The notes beneath the pieces were generated by a model that was given only the letters and a program-made list of their open reading frames with translations, had not been told where the DNA came from and did not search any database. 64,000 nt of DNA. Source: Malacoraja senta (taxonomy: Eukaryota). The position numbers and the translations under genes are program-made. Position 1 is the stretch's first letter, and every line of letters begins with the position of its first letter. This document shows positions 50,205 to 62,175 of the stretch, in pieces. The stretch spans positions 62,001 to 126,000 of the forward strand of contig JAXLNO010000913.1 in NCBI GenBank assembly GCA_038087875.1, in the 5' to 3' direction.

Positions 50205-50680
50205 TAGACTTTATTTTAGACTTTAGAGTTACAGCGTGGAAACAGACGCTTTAGCCCACCGAGTCTGTGTCCATCAGCAATAACCGTGTACACCAGCACT
50301 ACCCTACACACTAGGGACAATTTTACAATTAACAGAAGCCAATTAACCGACAAACCTGTACGTCTTTGGAGCGTGGGAGGAAACCGGAGTACCCGGAGAA
50401 AACCCACGCTGTCACATGGGGAAAATACAGACGGTAACATAGAAACATAGAAAATAGGTGCAGGAGGAGGCCATTTGGCCCTTCGAGCCAGCACCGCCAT
50501 TCATTGCGATCATGGCTGATCGTCCCCAATCAATAACCCGTGCCTGCCTTCTCCCCATATCCATTGATTCCACTAGCCCCTAGAGCTCTATCTAACAAAC
50601 AAAACAGTACCAATAGTCAGGATAGAAACTGAGTCTTTGGCGCTATAAACACCTCTACCGCTGCACCACCTTGCCGCCCC
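50205..50680 (-). mobile_element. HE1-like SINE interrupted by a CR1 3' tail (50437-50596)
   Basis: SINE core split by a (ttctatgt)n-tailed CR1 end. Confidence 0.75.
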
Positions 50681-50851
50681 AAGTTTGCAAACCTGCACAT
50701 CTGTGGAATGTGGGACGAATCCAGTGCACCCGGAATTTCCGTTTGTACACTACAATTATTAATATAACTTACAAATTATTAACATAATTGTGGTGTACAA
50801 ATGTGTGTTCCAGTTGCTCCGGTAATTATTAACATAATTGTACACAAATGC

Positions 50852-51145
50852 AAGGTCGGCAGTGGTAGAGCTATTGTCTCATAGTCCCAGAGGCACGGGT
50901 TCAATTGTCTGTGCAGAGTTTGTATGTTCTCCCTGTAACTGCATGAGTTTCCTCCGAGTGCTCCGATTCCGTCCCACATTCCAAAAAAGTGCAGGTTTAT
51001 AAGTTAATTGTTTTTTGTAAATTGCCCCTAGTATGTAGAATGCGAAACTGGGATAACATAAAATGAGTGTATGAGTGATCGAATGTCGGCTTAGACTCGG
51101 TAGGCCGAAGTGCCTGTTTCCACACTGTACCTGTATCTCTAAACA
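50852..51145 (+). mobile_element. HE1-like V-SINE
   Basis: tRNA head, V-domain, CR1 tail. Confidence 0.8.
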
Positions 51146-51160
51146 AAACATCTGATGTAA

Positions 51161-51243
51161 GTCACATATATCAGTACTCAATTCCCTGATGGGTTACATG
51201 ATGCCTTTGTTTTACAGCAATCCAATATCTTACTATTCTTTGT
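51161..51243 (+). pseudogene. Relic of a Harbinger-type transposase
   Basis: Translates VTYISTQFPDGLHDAFVLQQSNILLFF, resembling the PGS.HDAF.L..S motif of Harbinger/HARBI1 DDE domains; short match only. Confidence 0.4.
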
Positions 51244-51449
51244 AAAAGAGAGAGCATGTTGGGTGGGGGTTGGAGAGGCTGAGAAGTTATAACAGTGTCC
51301 AGGTGTGATACTCCAACCCACATATCCAATTCTGAATTTAGAAATAAGTTTTAAATTCTATGTCATTGTGTTATTTTCCTTCCATCCAAGCCCATAAATT
51401 TGGTTTCTCTAACCTTCCCTTGTGCCCTTAATTTCGATACCAATATTTT

Positions 51450-52369
51450 TAGCCTACAATGCTTGCAAATTGCCATCTCAGTGGGATGAGATTGGGCAGA
51501 GAAAATATTTTTTTTCTGTCTTTGAGACTTTCCACAGCTGAGCAATTTAAGTCTCAGAAAATATACTGTCCCAACAGATGTAGTTTCCCGCAACAATAAA
51601 AGAAAAATAATGTGAAATTAAAAATCACAATGGGCTGCTGAGTTACAAGCATTCCTTTAAACTTCTACAGGTGCACAGTAGAGAGCAACTTGAACGTCCA
51701 GGAGCGGAAAAGACTAGAAAAAGTTGTGACCACTGTCCAATCCATCACCGGCTTTGACCTCCCCACCATCGAAGGGATCTATCGTAGTCGCTGCTTCAAA
51801 AAGGCAGCCAAAATCATCAAAGACCCACACCATCCTGGCCACACACTCATTTCACCATTGCCATCAGGAAGAAGGTACAGGAGCCTGAAAACTGTAACGT
51901 CCAGGTTCAGGAACAGCTTCTTCCCTGCAGCCTTCAGGCTATTAAATACAACAACAAATAATCTCTGAGCTCTGAACTGCAAAATACTTTATTATTACTG
52001 CACTATATTTGTTATTTATTGAAATTTTTTTCCCTTCCCCCGTTATGTACTATGTTTACACATTCACATATTCTGTTGTGCTGCAGCAAGTAAGAATTTA
52101 ATTGTCCCAGCCAGGACATATGACAATAAAACACTCTTGACTCTTGAGCATTCATTTACAGTGCAATACAATCTCAGGATAAAGCCCAAAGTATTTTCCA
52201 ATGTACAGATGACAAAGTGGTGGAGATTAAAAAACTAATATACTTTCACTCAAAGTATTATTGCATGAGAAAACAGATAATTGTAGGAAAACTGAAAAGG
52301 TAATTAAAATGTTTCTCATGCAATGTCAATTTTTAAGTCCTCCAAATGCATTGTAGTTCACAGACTGTC
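51450..52369 (+). repeat. Copy 1 of a ~0.92 kb direct duplication (copy 2 at 62176-63150); includes a Rex-Babar 3' end
   Basis: Collinear similarity extends through unique flanks on both sides of the LINE fragment. Confidence 0.85.
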
Positions 52370-52468
52370 TACTTAGTCAGAGTCATACATCACAGAAATA
52401 TACAACTTGGAGGAACAGCACCTCTAAGACTGCTTGGGTAGCTTCCAACCTAATGGTACAAACATTGA

Positions 52469-55400
52469 ATTTTACTTCGGAGTCACGTGAGTGACTACGT
52501 GAAGAACCCCGCCAGTGCGCCTGCGCGTCATTACGTCAGACGCATTGGCGCCAACGGACGCGAGGAGCAGAGCTCCTCTAGTGGAATTGTAGTTTTTAAA
52601 CTACAAGGTAAGTATAAACTTTTTTGGAAGTATTTCCGTGTCTGTTTGCTGTGGGTCTGTGGGGATTTTTCCACAGGCGCCATGGAAAAAACAGGCAAGG
52701 GGAGGAGGCGAGCGACTCAGCCGGTAGAAAGTCGCGAGATTGCGGTCGGCGACCAGCCGCCTCTGACCGCGGTACAGTCGCCAGCAGACAGCATAGCGAC
52801 TGGGGATATTGGGGCTGAAGTGAATTTAGTCAGCACCAGTGGGGCAAGGCAAAGCCGATAAAAAGCTGCGGGAATGCGGTCGGTAAAGGACTGCCTCATA
52901 CCCTACAACAGTCGCCGGCTGGGAGCGGGGCAAACTGTGGACCTATACATTAAAGAAAATAACGGAGCCAGCATCAGTTGGGTGCTAGGCAACATACAAG
53001 TCAGGGCCATGGAGCAAGAGTCAGTTTGGGATTCACCTCCAAGGCTGGATACCACTTTCTGAGTGGATATTCCAAATGGATAACCTGTACACAGGTTGCT
53101 CCAACAAAACATACTCCAGGAGGAGTGATGTCAGAACCAGGCTCCAGAAGCCAGGTCAGCAGCACCTAGTAAAGGGCTGCTTGATAGCACCCTCATTGAT
53201 GAGGCGCGTGCACAGGGTCAGCAGAGTTTCCAAACCAAGCGAAGACGGCAGCTGCCAGATGTTTTACTCCTGGTAGTATGATTCGCTGCCCCATCAGAGT
53301 CAGGAGAGCCACTGGAAAGGACGTGGTCTCTGTGATCAACTATTGTGTCTGCCATCAGCTCTAGTAGCTTACGATGGATGAAAGTGCCAAAAAAGCACGA
53401 GATCCCAAGGAACTGCGTATTGCTGAAAGTACTAGCAGTGAACCAAGATAAGGGGTCAGATGGGCGAAGGCATGTAAGCCTAAGGAAAGTAAACTGCAGA
53501 GAAAAGCTGCTGGGTTGATGAACAACTGCAATTTGCAAGACAATGGATGGAGGCCATGGATGTAGATGCATCAAGTGGCACTAAGGTTGCTATGTAGCAC
53601 CCACTTCAAGATGAATTGTTTCAGGAAGTATGCCATTCGGTCCACCATCATCCCAAAGTTGCAGCAACTCTGTAAAGCCCAGCAATGTGCAGTCATTCAA
53701 CTTATTCTTCAGAGAAAAAACCTCATGAATCGTGGGAAAGAGTTGGATAATGAGGCAAAAACAGCAAAGTTGATCACAACATCAATGGTCGTCAAGTCTG
53801 CAAAGAGGACGTATCCTTTCAGACATCATACAAAATCCTGGACCAACATCAGGATCAAATCGACCATTGAAGCAGGTACGCACTTGATGTCCTGCAGCAG
53901 GAAAACAAAAAAGCGTGGGTTTTGCCTGCCAGGAGCCAGGGACCACAGGTCACTCAGATGACAAAGGAGGTAGGTGGACCTGGTTCTTATGGGAACATAT
54001 TAAGGCAAAAACAACCAAATATTGGAAGCAAATTACTTCAAGTATTATTCTGAGTATTATAGAAAGGTTTCTAATTGATTCGATTCAAGTACTGATTTGC
54101 CATCCAGTACGTTCCAAGCAGAACACTCCAATTTCACATAAAAATAAATTGATGGAGGTTCAAGCTGAATTGAAAACTTGTTTATAAACAAGTAATTGAA
54201 AGGTCGGTTTATCAAAACCACCAAATTGTGTTTAAAATTTCTCAACCTAAAAAGATGAGGAGTATTTTAGATCTGACAAGTCTTTAAGATTTTGTGAAGT
54301 ATAGACACTTCAAAATAGAGACTTTGAGACTACCAAACAATTTATTTCAAAAAATATGTTTTATGGCACATAGATCTGAAAGATGTATATTACTTAGTGT
54401 TTGTTCATTTATAAGATAAAATTATCTAAAGGAACAATTATGGCAATTCAAAGTTCTGTCTAACGGGTTAACTTCAGTCCCTAGAAATTCACTAAATTGG
54501 TAAAACCAATTTTGCAGCTAATTAGAGTCCAAGGACAGATGTGGATGGCTTAACTGGATGATGTCCTAATTAGGACGAACAAGAGAATTCATGAGTTATC
54601 TCTCTCAAATTATTCAAACCACTTTTGAAAGTTGGGTTTAATTCATCCAGAGAGAAATTAAGTTAACGATACTTACAACAATTGATTATTTGATTCAATT
54701 GAAATGGTAGTAATTTACCCAGGATAAAGGGTAAAGCTAATTGATGGTTGTATTAAGCAGTTGGAAAAGCAACAATCTTCAATTAAGACAGGTGGCCAGC
54801 TTGTTAGGAGAATTAGTGTTATTTCCAGCAATACAATATGGGCCATTGGACTACCAGCAGCTGCAGACTGCAAAAAGAAAAAACACTAAGATGCATGATG
54901 GCCATTTTTTGATAGGCCATGCAATTAAACAACAAATGCTGTTTCTGATTGCAGTAGTGGATTTAACACGTCTTTAGTAGTTCAAGCAAGATACGGATTG
55001 AACAGCCTTCCATGGTCTTAACCATGGTCTGGTACTAGGATTGATGCCACTGAAAAGGTATCCATCTGTGGACAGATGGAATATGGAAGAAGTATTATTT
55101 TACAGACATGAAGAATCGACGTTTTAAAGTCTATTGGAAGGCTTATGAGCTACAAGCTTGTTGTTAAATACAACTAATCTGCATGTTCAGTTTCAAATTA
55201 ACAACACTACAGCAATGGCATGTATTAATTGTATGGGTGGAATTTCCATGATAACAAAGAATGGATGTTTAACCTTAAGATTTTTTAATGATATAATAGT
55301 CAGATTTGGGAAGCCAGATATGACTTGTTTCCATCCAGACTCAATCACCAGTTACAGAGATATGTGTTATGGGACTACATCGGGAGACAGTAGCGATGGA

Positions 55401-57112
55401 TGTTTCTCGCTATATTAGGATGGTATGTTGTTATATGCATTTTACTTCATCCTGTCTCATAAATCGGTGTATGCTTAAAACGAAGCAGTATGCTGCCTCT
55501 GGGGTATTCGTGGTACCAGACGGGTCTACGCAGCCATGGTTCCCTTTGATATTGGAATTTATGACACAGTTTCTGATAAATGTTCCCAAAAGAAGGAAGT
55601 TACTGGTGTATTTGATAATTGGAGAGTAACATCCGTCATATGCCTGTATGGAAGCAGGTTTTAAAAAAGAGGATTGTCTGGGCATGCTGTGGACATGCTT
55701 ACAGCAGTCTGGCGGAAGAGTACTCAAAAGCAGTACATTTGTGAATCTGTTGTGACTCTGTAAATGCTGCTTTCCCATTATGTAAAGAATGAGGGGAAAA
55801 AATGTCTGTGTATAAAAGAATATGGAATGTTGTACAGCACATGTCTCAAATATCTTGGATTGACCTCTATTTAATGGGTTGAGGTATAGTGCGGTTTATT
55901 CACACAGAAGTATATTATTCCTCATTTTTATTTGATGAGGTTGGAAAGACATCCTGTTGAGTCTCGTTCTTTTATTTCCAGATTAATGAAAGGAATTTTA
56001 ATTCCAGACCTTATAAACCTAGGAGGGAATCTGGAATATAGAATTGTTTTAAGCTACTTCATCAAAGGAGTCTTGGTATGATTCTGATTTGGCCAAGTTC
56101 AGCATGAAGGTAGTCATGTTTATGGCACTTGTAACATTACAAAGTTACAGATACACAGAAGTACCTCAGGATTATGTTATGTTTTACATTTTATGAACTA
56201 CTCAAATGAAGTAGGATCAGGTGTGACAGGATTCAAGATTGTTTATTAACATATTCTATGGATCCATGTCTATATGTTAAGACATATTTATTGCAAAAAA
56301 TTGAGGCTACAAAGATCTTATGAAATATGAAAACAAGATTGTTTATCATTCACGAAAAAACATACAAGATAGTGTCAGTTTAGACTATTTTAAGATGGTT
56401 AAAAACAAGTCTTAGTTGCTGCACGTGTGAACATTGATGGTTTTACATTCCATTCAGTTTAGCAGCAACATTGACGACCAGGGCGAAGGAAGTCCCGTCG
56501 ATCATATTCTCATAGCCGCCGGGTGATCTAATAAGTTGGTGTTTCAACACTTTTACCATCGGGCTATTGCCAATACGGGGCTGTTTGCAGATACTATATT
56601 AAGTTCTGCTTAATTTTCCCTGGGTTAAAGGGGATACTATTAATTCTTTTATTAAAATAAATGAATTACTGCATTTGTGGTACAAATGTTATTATGAATG
56701 CATTATTGAATATTCTCGTTCCGAGTCAATCAATGCAGTGAGAAGCCGGGATTTGTCTGCGGCATGAAATCACAAAGCTTTAAAATCTTCACGTAGTCAC
56801 TCACGTGACTCCGAAGTAAAATAGTAAGATTAAACGAGAACTTACCTAAGTTTGAAGTTTGATCTTTATTTTATGAGGAATTACGTTGGTGATTACGTGC
56901 CCACCACGACCCAACCCTCTATCATAAAGGTCAGATGGAAGTTCTTGTATTACTCGTTTTATTATGATACTATATTACTTCGCTTGTTGTTTTTTGTGAT
57001 TTCACACCGCTGCTTCGAAGATTGACACGCAGGCGCACTGGCGGGGTTCTTCACGTAATAAAATAAAGATCAAACTTCAAACTTAGGTAAGTTCTCGTTT
57101 AATCTTACTATT
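52469..57112 (+). mobile_element. DIRS1-type tyrosine-recombinase retrotransposon, structurally complete but coding-decayed
   Basis: Left ITR 52496-52530 inverted at 57023-57057; ICR 56786-56874 complementary to both termini. RT remnants FVKYRHFK, IDLKDVYY, WQFKVLSNGLTSVPR, *LDD; MT-like DLFPSRLNHQL and VVPDGSTQPWFP; YR remnants HSV and ILIAAG*S..FQHFY. Confidence 0.9.
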
Positions 57113-57530
57113 CTCCAATATTAGGAAACCTCTAACAGCCCCTTCCCACTTGATTATGCCCCCCTTTCTTCCCCCTCCCCTCCCTCCCTGTGCTTCACCT
57201 GAAGTTGCACCTATTTCCCCCTCCTCCTACTTCTTTCCTCTGGCTTCACACTTGTCTCACACCTGTATTTTCATCTCTAGCCTTTATCTAACCATCCGCT
57301 TATCACCCCCCCCCCCCCTATCACCCATACCATGTGCTGCCTGGTAACTCAAATGTCACTGCACTAAATGGTGTATGTGACAATAAATGTCCTTTGTCCT
57401 TTGTCCGTTGTCCACCCATTACCATGCATTATCTTGCCCCCCCCTCTCTTCCAGCCTTATTTCCCCCCATTCACCCCCCATAATGTCTGAAGAAGGTTCC
57501 CAACTGGAAACGCAAACTATCCATGCTCTC
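57113..57530 (+). mobile_element. Penelope-like 3' fragment (left part at ~52400-52468), the host of the DIRS element
   Basis: LEEQHL..CLGSFQPNGTNIE on the left is continued by ctccaat.. and a pyrimidine tract with a degenerate ctgaagaagg repeat at 57487. Confidence 0.75.
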
Positions 57531-57864
57531 CGGGGATCCAGGGACGTACAGGTTTGTAGGGTAATTGACTTTGTATAATTGTAAATTGTCCCTAGTGTGT
57601 GTAAGATAGTGCTAGTGTATGGGGATCACTCGTTCGCCTGACCTCGGTGGGCCGCAGATCCTGTTTCCACGTTGTATCTCTAAACTAAACTAAACTAAAC
57701 TGTTAAAATCACTGGTCAATTTACTGGTCGATCATCTCTAAAAGGTCACTTTATGGTGGACTGCTGTAAGTGGGATTAATGGATTTGTTCATATAAATGG
57801 TCTGGAAAAGATAAGAAACTGGGTTACATTTTCCAAGCCAGGAAGCAGTGATGGGCGCTGCTGA

Positions 57865-58260
57865 CAAATGAGCTGAGGGTCAATCTAGCTCCATGATAAC
57901 ATTACGCCCACTGTAGCCGCAACCAAGCTCAACTAAGTATTTCCCTATCATTAGGAAGCTCTGCAAAAGTCTGCCATTGATGCCCACCAGAAGCTGTAAC
58001 CCATAATTGATCAGCATCTGTGTTACACCAGATAAATGAGGCCCCCAATCTGGGAGAGCTATGGGTAATGATGGGTGTTTCCTCCCCCAAGATGGCATAG
58101 AGAGGCAAATGCTGATTTCCTATGGGGAGTTGGCAATACCAATCATCTCTTTGCAGGTGCACCTCACAAGGGACTTGGTAGACAATACTCATGTGATTTG
58201 GTCTTAACTGGGCCATCTAACCATGTTGGAGTCTCCACACTCAGCTCAGAGGTGGCTGGC
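57865..58260 (+). pseudogene. Possible very old Harbinger transposase relic
   Basis: Frameshifted fragments NLAP, VAATKL, GS/QKSAID, VDNTHV (58178-58195; cf. IDCTHV) and SLHTQL occur in the expected order. Confidence 0.3.
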
Positions 58261-59704
58261 AGATCCCAACTTTCAGGTGTCTTATTTTAGACCTCTTGTG
58301 GCTCTCAGCTAAATCTAAACAGCCAGTGCTCGCGATATTGAAGTGTCTAAAGCTGGGCGGCATCAATCAGCTCCCTGGCAAGAAAGATAGAATAATCAAT
58401 GGCTCATTTTTGTTTCTGCACAGAGGGTCTTATGTATGAGCTTTCACTGCTGGGCAATCTGTTCTTAGATGGCATCACTCAGCTTTATGATGACACCAAG
58501 CTGCTGGGGAGTTTCTGAAGAGTAGCTATCTACTTCTGTGTGGCATTGCCCTGTACTCTGCTTGAACATTGTCTGAATGCTGCTGAATGGTATATCCATG
58601 GCAGATGCCACCTGACCCAACAACAGCTGAGAGACTGGTTTGGCAGCAGACCCACTAACTGAGATGTTTTTTGTCACAGAAAAACAATCCTGCAAGAGGA
58701 GTAAATGGGTTTTTCCACATTCTTTGTAATCTCCTCCATTTAAATCATATCCATCTCTATTCTAGGTACAGCGGCAGCCTCAGGAAAGACTCTCAACAAC
58801 AGTCGTCCGGGCAGCAAGTTGCTGCTCAAGTGCAATAGGTAGAGTAAAGGTGGAAAGACACAGAGTGCAGAATACAGTTCTCAGCATTTTGGCACACGTT
58901 CTTGGTCTCGTCAATATAGAAGAGGTCACATTGTGAGCACAACTACAATAGACCACCACATTGTGCAGTAACTCATGGATTGTTGATAATCCTGGACCTC
59001 TATGAAATTGTAGCATTATCCTGCCATGATTGACTGTCCTTCAGAAGGAAATTCAATTACTTGTTAATTTACGCAATGCATCATGCCTTGCATCTGTGCA
59101 CTGCTGCTTAGCCTGTGACCACATCGTTCTGGTCATTCAGTGGCGCACATCAGAAATCCAGGAAAACACTGAACCCGATTTTCTAATAATTACTGATAAT
59201 TTTTTAATGTGCATTAATTCCTTAAATGCACAACTGACGGCTATAGGTTGCAACAATAAAGGTATATGAATTAAAAGAACCATTAAACTGTGTTCTCTAT
59301 CAGAGACTACAGCAGTAATACATCATCTAGTATTCAGATACGATTGTCACATACAAATCAGCTTATTGTTAATTTTTGCCTCTTGATTCCATGATTAGGC
59401 CGTCTTTTATTTCCAGATAAAATCAATAGCTATGTCGCCCCATTGTTGGCCTTGGAATTTCTTTGCACTTCCCAAATCAAGCCTTCCTGGCCCAGTCTAC
59501 TCTCTGCATTTCTCTGTTATCTGTGGCAGACACAACTCTTTTAGACACTCAAACTTTCTGACTCATACACAAATCCCATTTTTTGGAGGTGCCACACAAA
59601 AGTGGGGAAAGAGTACTGCAATGTTACAGGAACAATCTTTGGATTAGATAAACTGAGATCCCATATGCTCCAAAGGTCCATACTGCTGATGTGAAGAACA
59701 ATGC

Positions 59705-60003
59705 GGCTGCATGGTGGTGCAGTGGTAGAGCTGCTGCCTCACAGTGCCGGGGCCCCGAGTTCGATCCTGCCTACAGATTTTGTATGTCCTCCACGTGACC
59801 ATGTATGATTTCTCCGAGTGCTCCGGTTTCTTCCCACATTCCAAAGACGTGCAGGTTTGTAGGTTATTAGGCTTCTGTAAATTGCCTCTAGTGTGTAGGA
59901 TGTGAAAATGGGATAACATGGAACTAATGTACGGGTGATCAATGTCCGGTATGGATTCGGTGGGGCGGAGGGTCTGTTTACATGCTGTATCTCTAAAACT
60001 AAA
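59705..60003 (+). mobile_element. HE1-like V-SINE
   Basis: tRNA head (gagttcgatcc), V-domain, CR1 tail. Confidence 0.85.
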
Positions 60004-60677
60004 CAGGGAAGTTACACACAATCCTATCCAATATTTATTCTTCAATCAAAAATTTCTAAACAACATTATCTGAACAAGCAAATGCTCTTTGTATAAGCTT
60101 TCTTTGTGTATATTGGCAATTGTTGCTATATTATCACAGTGACTATGGTTCTAAGTTGTTTACTTAGCTATGAAGCAAATTGGATTGGGAAAAGCCCTAT
60201 GTAAATATATACAATCAGGTAAACAGAAGAATTAGGATTGGGATCCAGTCTCTTGGTCACTCAGGTTGATCCGTTATTCAATAATTTCATGGCTGATGAA
60301 TTGTAATCCATTCCTCACTACCCTCGGTAACATGCAGTTCTTTTATTTATTAAGTATCTATTCGCTTCAGTATCTTAGCCTGTGAAATATTCAAAGACTT
60401 ATCTGCCACAGCTCTTGGGGGCAGAGTTTCAAAGTTTCATAATCCTTCACAACTAGATATTTAGCCTAGTTAGCAAATGCAGTGCCTCATTTTTAAACTA
60501 TATCCCCAAGCTCTGAGTTCACCCATTAGGATTCTTCGCCATATCTAGCCAAGCAAAACTCCCTCAGGTTCTTATATGTTTCAATCAAATCATCTTTCTC
60601 CATTTCTAAACTCCATTGAATTAGGTATTAGTCTTTGTAAACCTTTTCTAAAATGATTCCAACACATTTACTAACCT

Positions 60678-61931
60678 GTTAAAGAAGGAACTGCAGATGC
60701 TGGAAAATCGAAGGTACACAAAAATGCTGGAGAAACTCAGCGGGTGCAGCAGCATCTATGGAGCGAAGGAAATAGGTAACGTTTCGGGCCGAAACCCTTC
60801 TTCAGACTGATAGGGGGTGGGGAGAAGAAAGGAAAAAAGGAAAAGGCGGAGGAGGAGCCCGAGGGCTGGGGGAGGAGACAACCAGATGGCTGATGAAGGG
60901 GAGGGGACAGCCAGGGCTAGCAGAATTGGGAGAATTCAACGTTCAGGCCACCAGGATGTAGACTGCTCAAGCGGAATATGAGGTGCATTTCCTCCAATTT
61001 ACGGTGTTGCTCGCTGTGGCCATGGAGGAGACCCAGGACAGAGAGGTCAGATACGGAATGGGAGGGGGAGTTGAAGTGCTGAGCCACCGGGAGTTCAGGT
61101 TGGTTATTGCGGACCGACCGGAGGTGTTCGGCGAAACGATCGCCAAGCCTCCGCTTGGTCTCACCGATGTAGATCAGCTGGCATCTAGAGCAGCGAATGC
61201 AATAGATGAGGTTGGAGGAGATGCAGGTGAACCTCTGTCGCACCTGGAACGACTGCTTGGGTCCTTGAATGGAGTGGAGGGGGGAAGTGAAGGGACAAGT
61301 GTTGCATCTCTTGCGGTTGCAAGGGAAAGTACCAGGGGAGGGGGTGGTATGGGAGGGAAGGGAAGAATTGACAAGGGAGTTACGGAGGGAGCGGTCTTTG
61401 CGGAAGGCAGACATAGGGGGAGATGGGAAGATGTGGCGAGTGGTGGGGTCACGTTGGAGGTGGCGAAACTGACGGAGGATCACTTGTTGTATGTGACGGC
61501 TGGTGGGGTGAAAGGTGAGGACTAGGGGGACTCTTCCTTTGTTGTGAGTGGGGGATGGGGAGAGAGAGCAGTGTTGCGGGGTATGGCAGAGACCCTGGTG
61601 CGAGCCTCATCTATGGTGGAGGAGGGGAACCCCCGTTCCCTGAAGAATGAGGACATTTCAGATGCCCTGGTGTGGAACGCCTCATCCTGGGAGCAGATGC
61701 GGCGTAGACGGAGGAATTGGGAGTGGGGGATGGAGTCCTTACAGGAAGCAGGGTGGGAAGAAGTGTAGTCCAGATAGCCATGGGAGTCGGTAGGTTTGTA
61801 GTGGATGTCGGTAAGGAGTCTATCACCTGCGATGGAGATAGTGAGGTCAAGGAATGGTAGGGAAGTGTCGGAAATGGTCCAGGTGTATTTGAGTGCCGGA
61901 TGGAAGTTGGTGGTGAAGCGGATGAAGTCAG
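60678..61931 (-). mobile_element. Young 5'-truncated Penelope-like element (RT C-terminus, GIY-YIG endonuclease, terminal repeat with hammerhead core)
   Basis: TNFHPALKYTW..LPFLDL..HYKPTDSHGYLDYTSSHP, then after one frameshift CNRKRCNTC..LIYCIRCSRCQLIYIGETKRRLGDRFAEH; 11-bp TSD tttactaacct (60667-60677, 61932-61942). Confidence 0.92.
60778..60805 (-). ncRNA. Minimal hammerhead ribozyme core in a Penelope terminal repeat (putative)
   Basis: CUGAAGA agggUUUCGGccc GAAAC GUU on the element's sense strand. Confidence 0.65.
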
Positions 61932-61964
61932 TTTACTAACCTTATGTGAATCGTGCACCAGGGT

Positions 61965-62170
61965 ACACCTGCGGTTTTAAAGATTTTTTAAACCTCACTA
62001 ACTTTTACATTAGACCACCAATCGGAACGAAACTTGGCACAATTGCAGCACAGGAGAACAGTGAGTAAGCTGGTAACAAATCGTAGCCCTATCAAGTACC
62101 GTTTTTGCGCAAATAGAATGACCGCGCAAACCGGAAGATAACAAGATCAGAGCTTTAGTTGTGTATAGAT
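61965..62170 (+). mobile_element. Helitron-like 3' fragment
   Basis: Ends acaagatcagagctttagttgtgtatagat, resembling the end of the 3460-4330 element. Confidence 0.45.
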
Positions 62171-62175
62171 ATTTC

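Noticed and set aside
58465-58691. Minus-strand acceptor (ctcttgcag) followed by a 76-aa ORF
   Set aside because: No recognisable homology and no convincing donor site.
6985-60003. tRNA genes
   Set aside because: The tRNA-like heads belong to SINEs; no full cloverleaf was seen.
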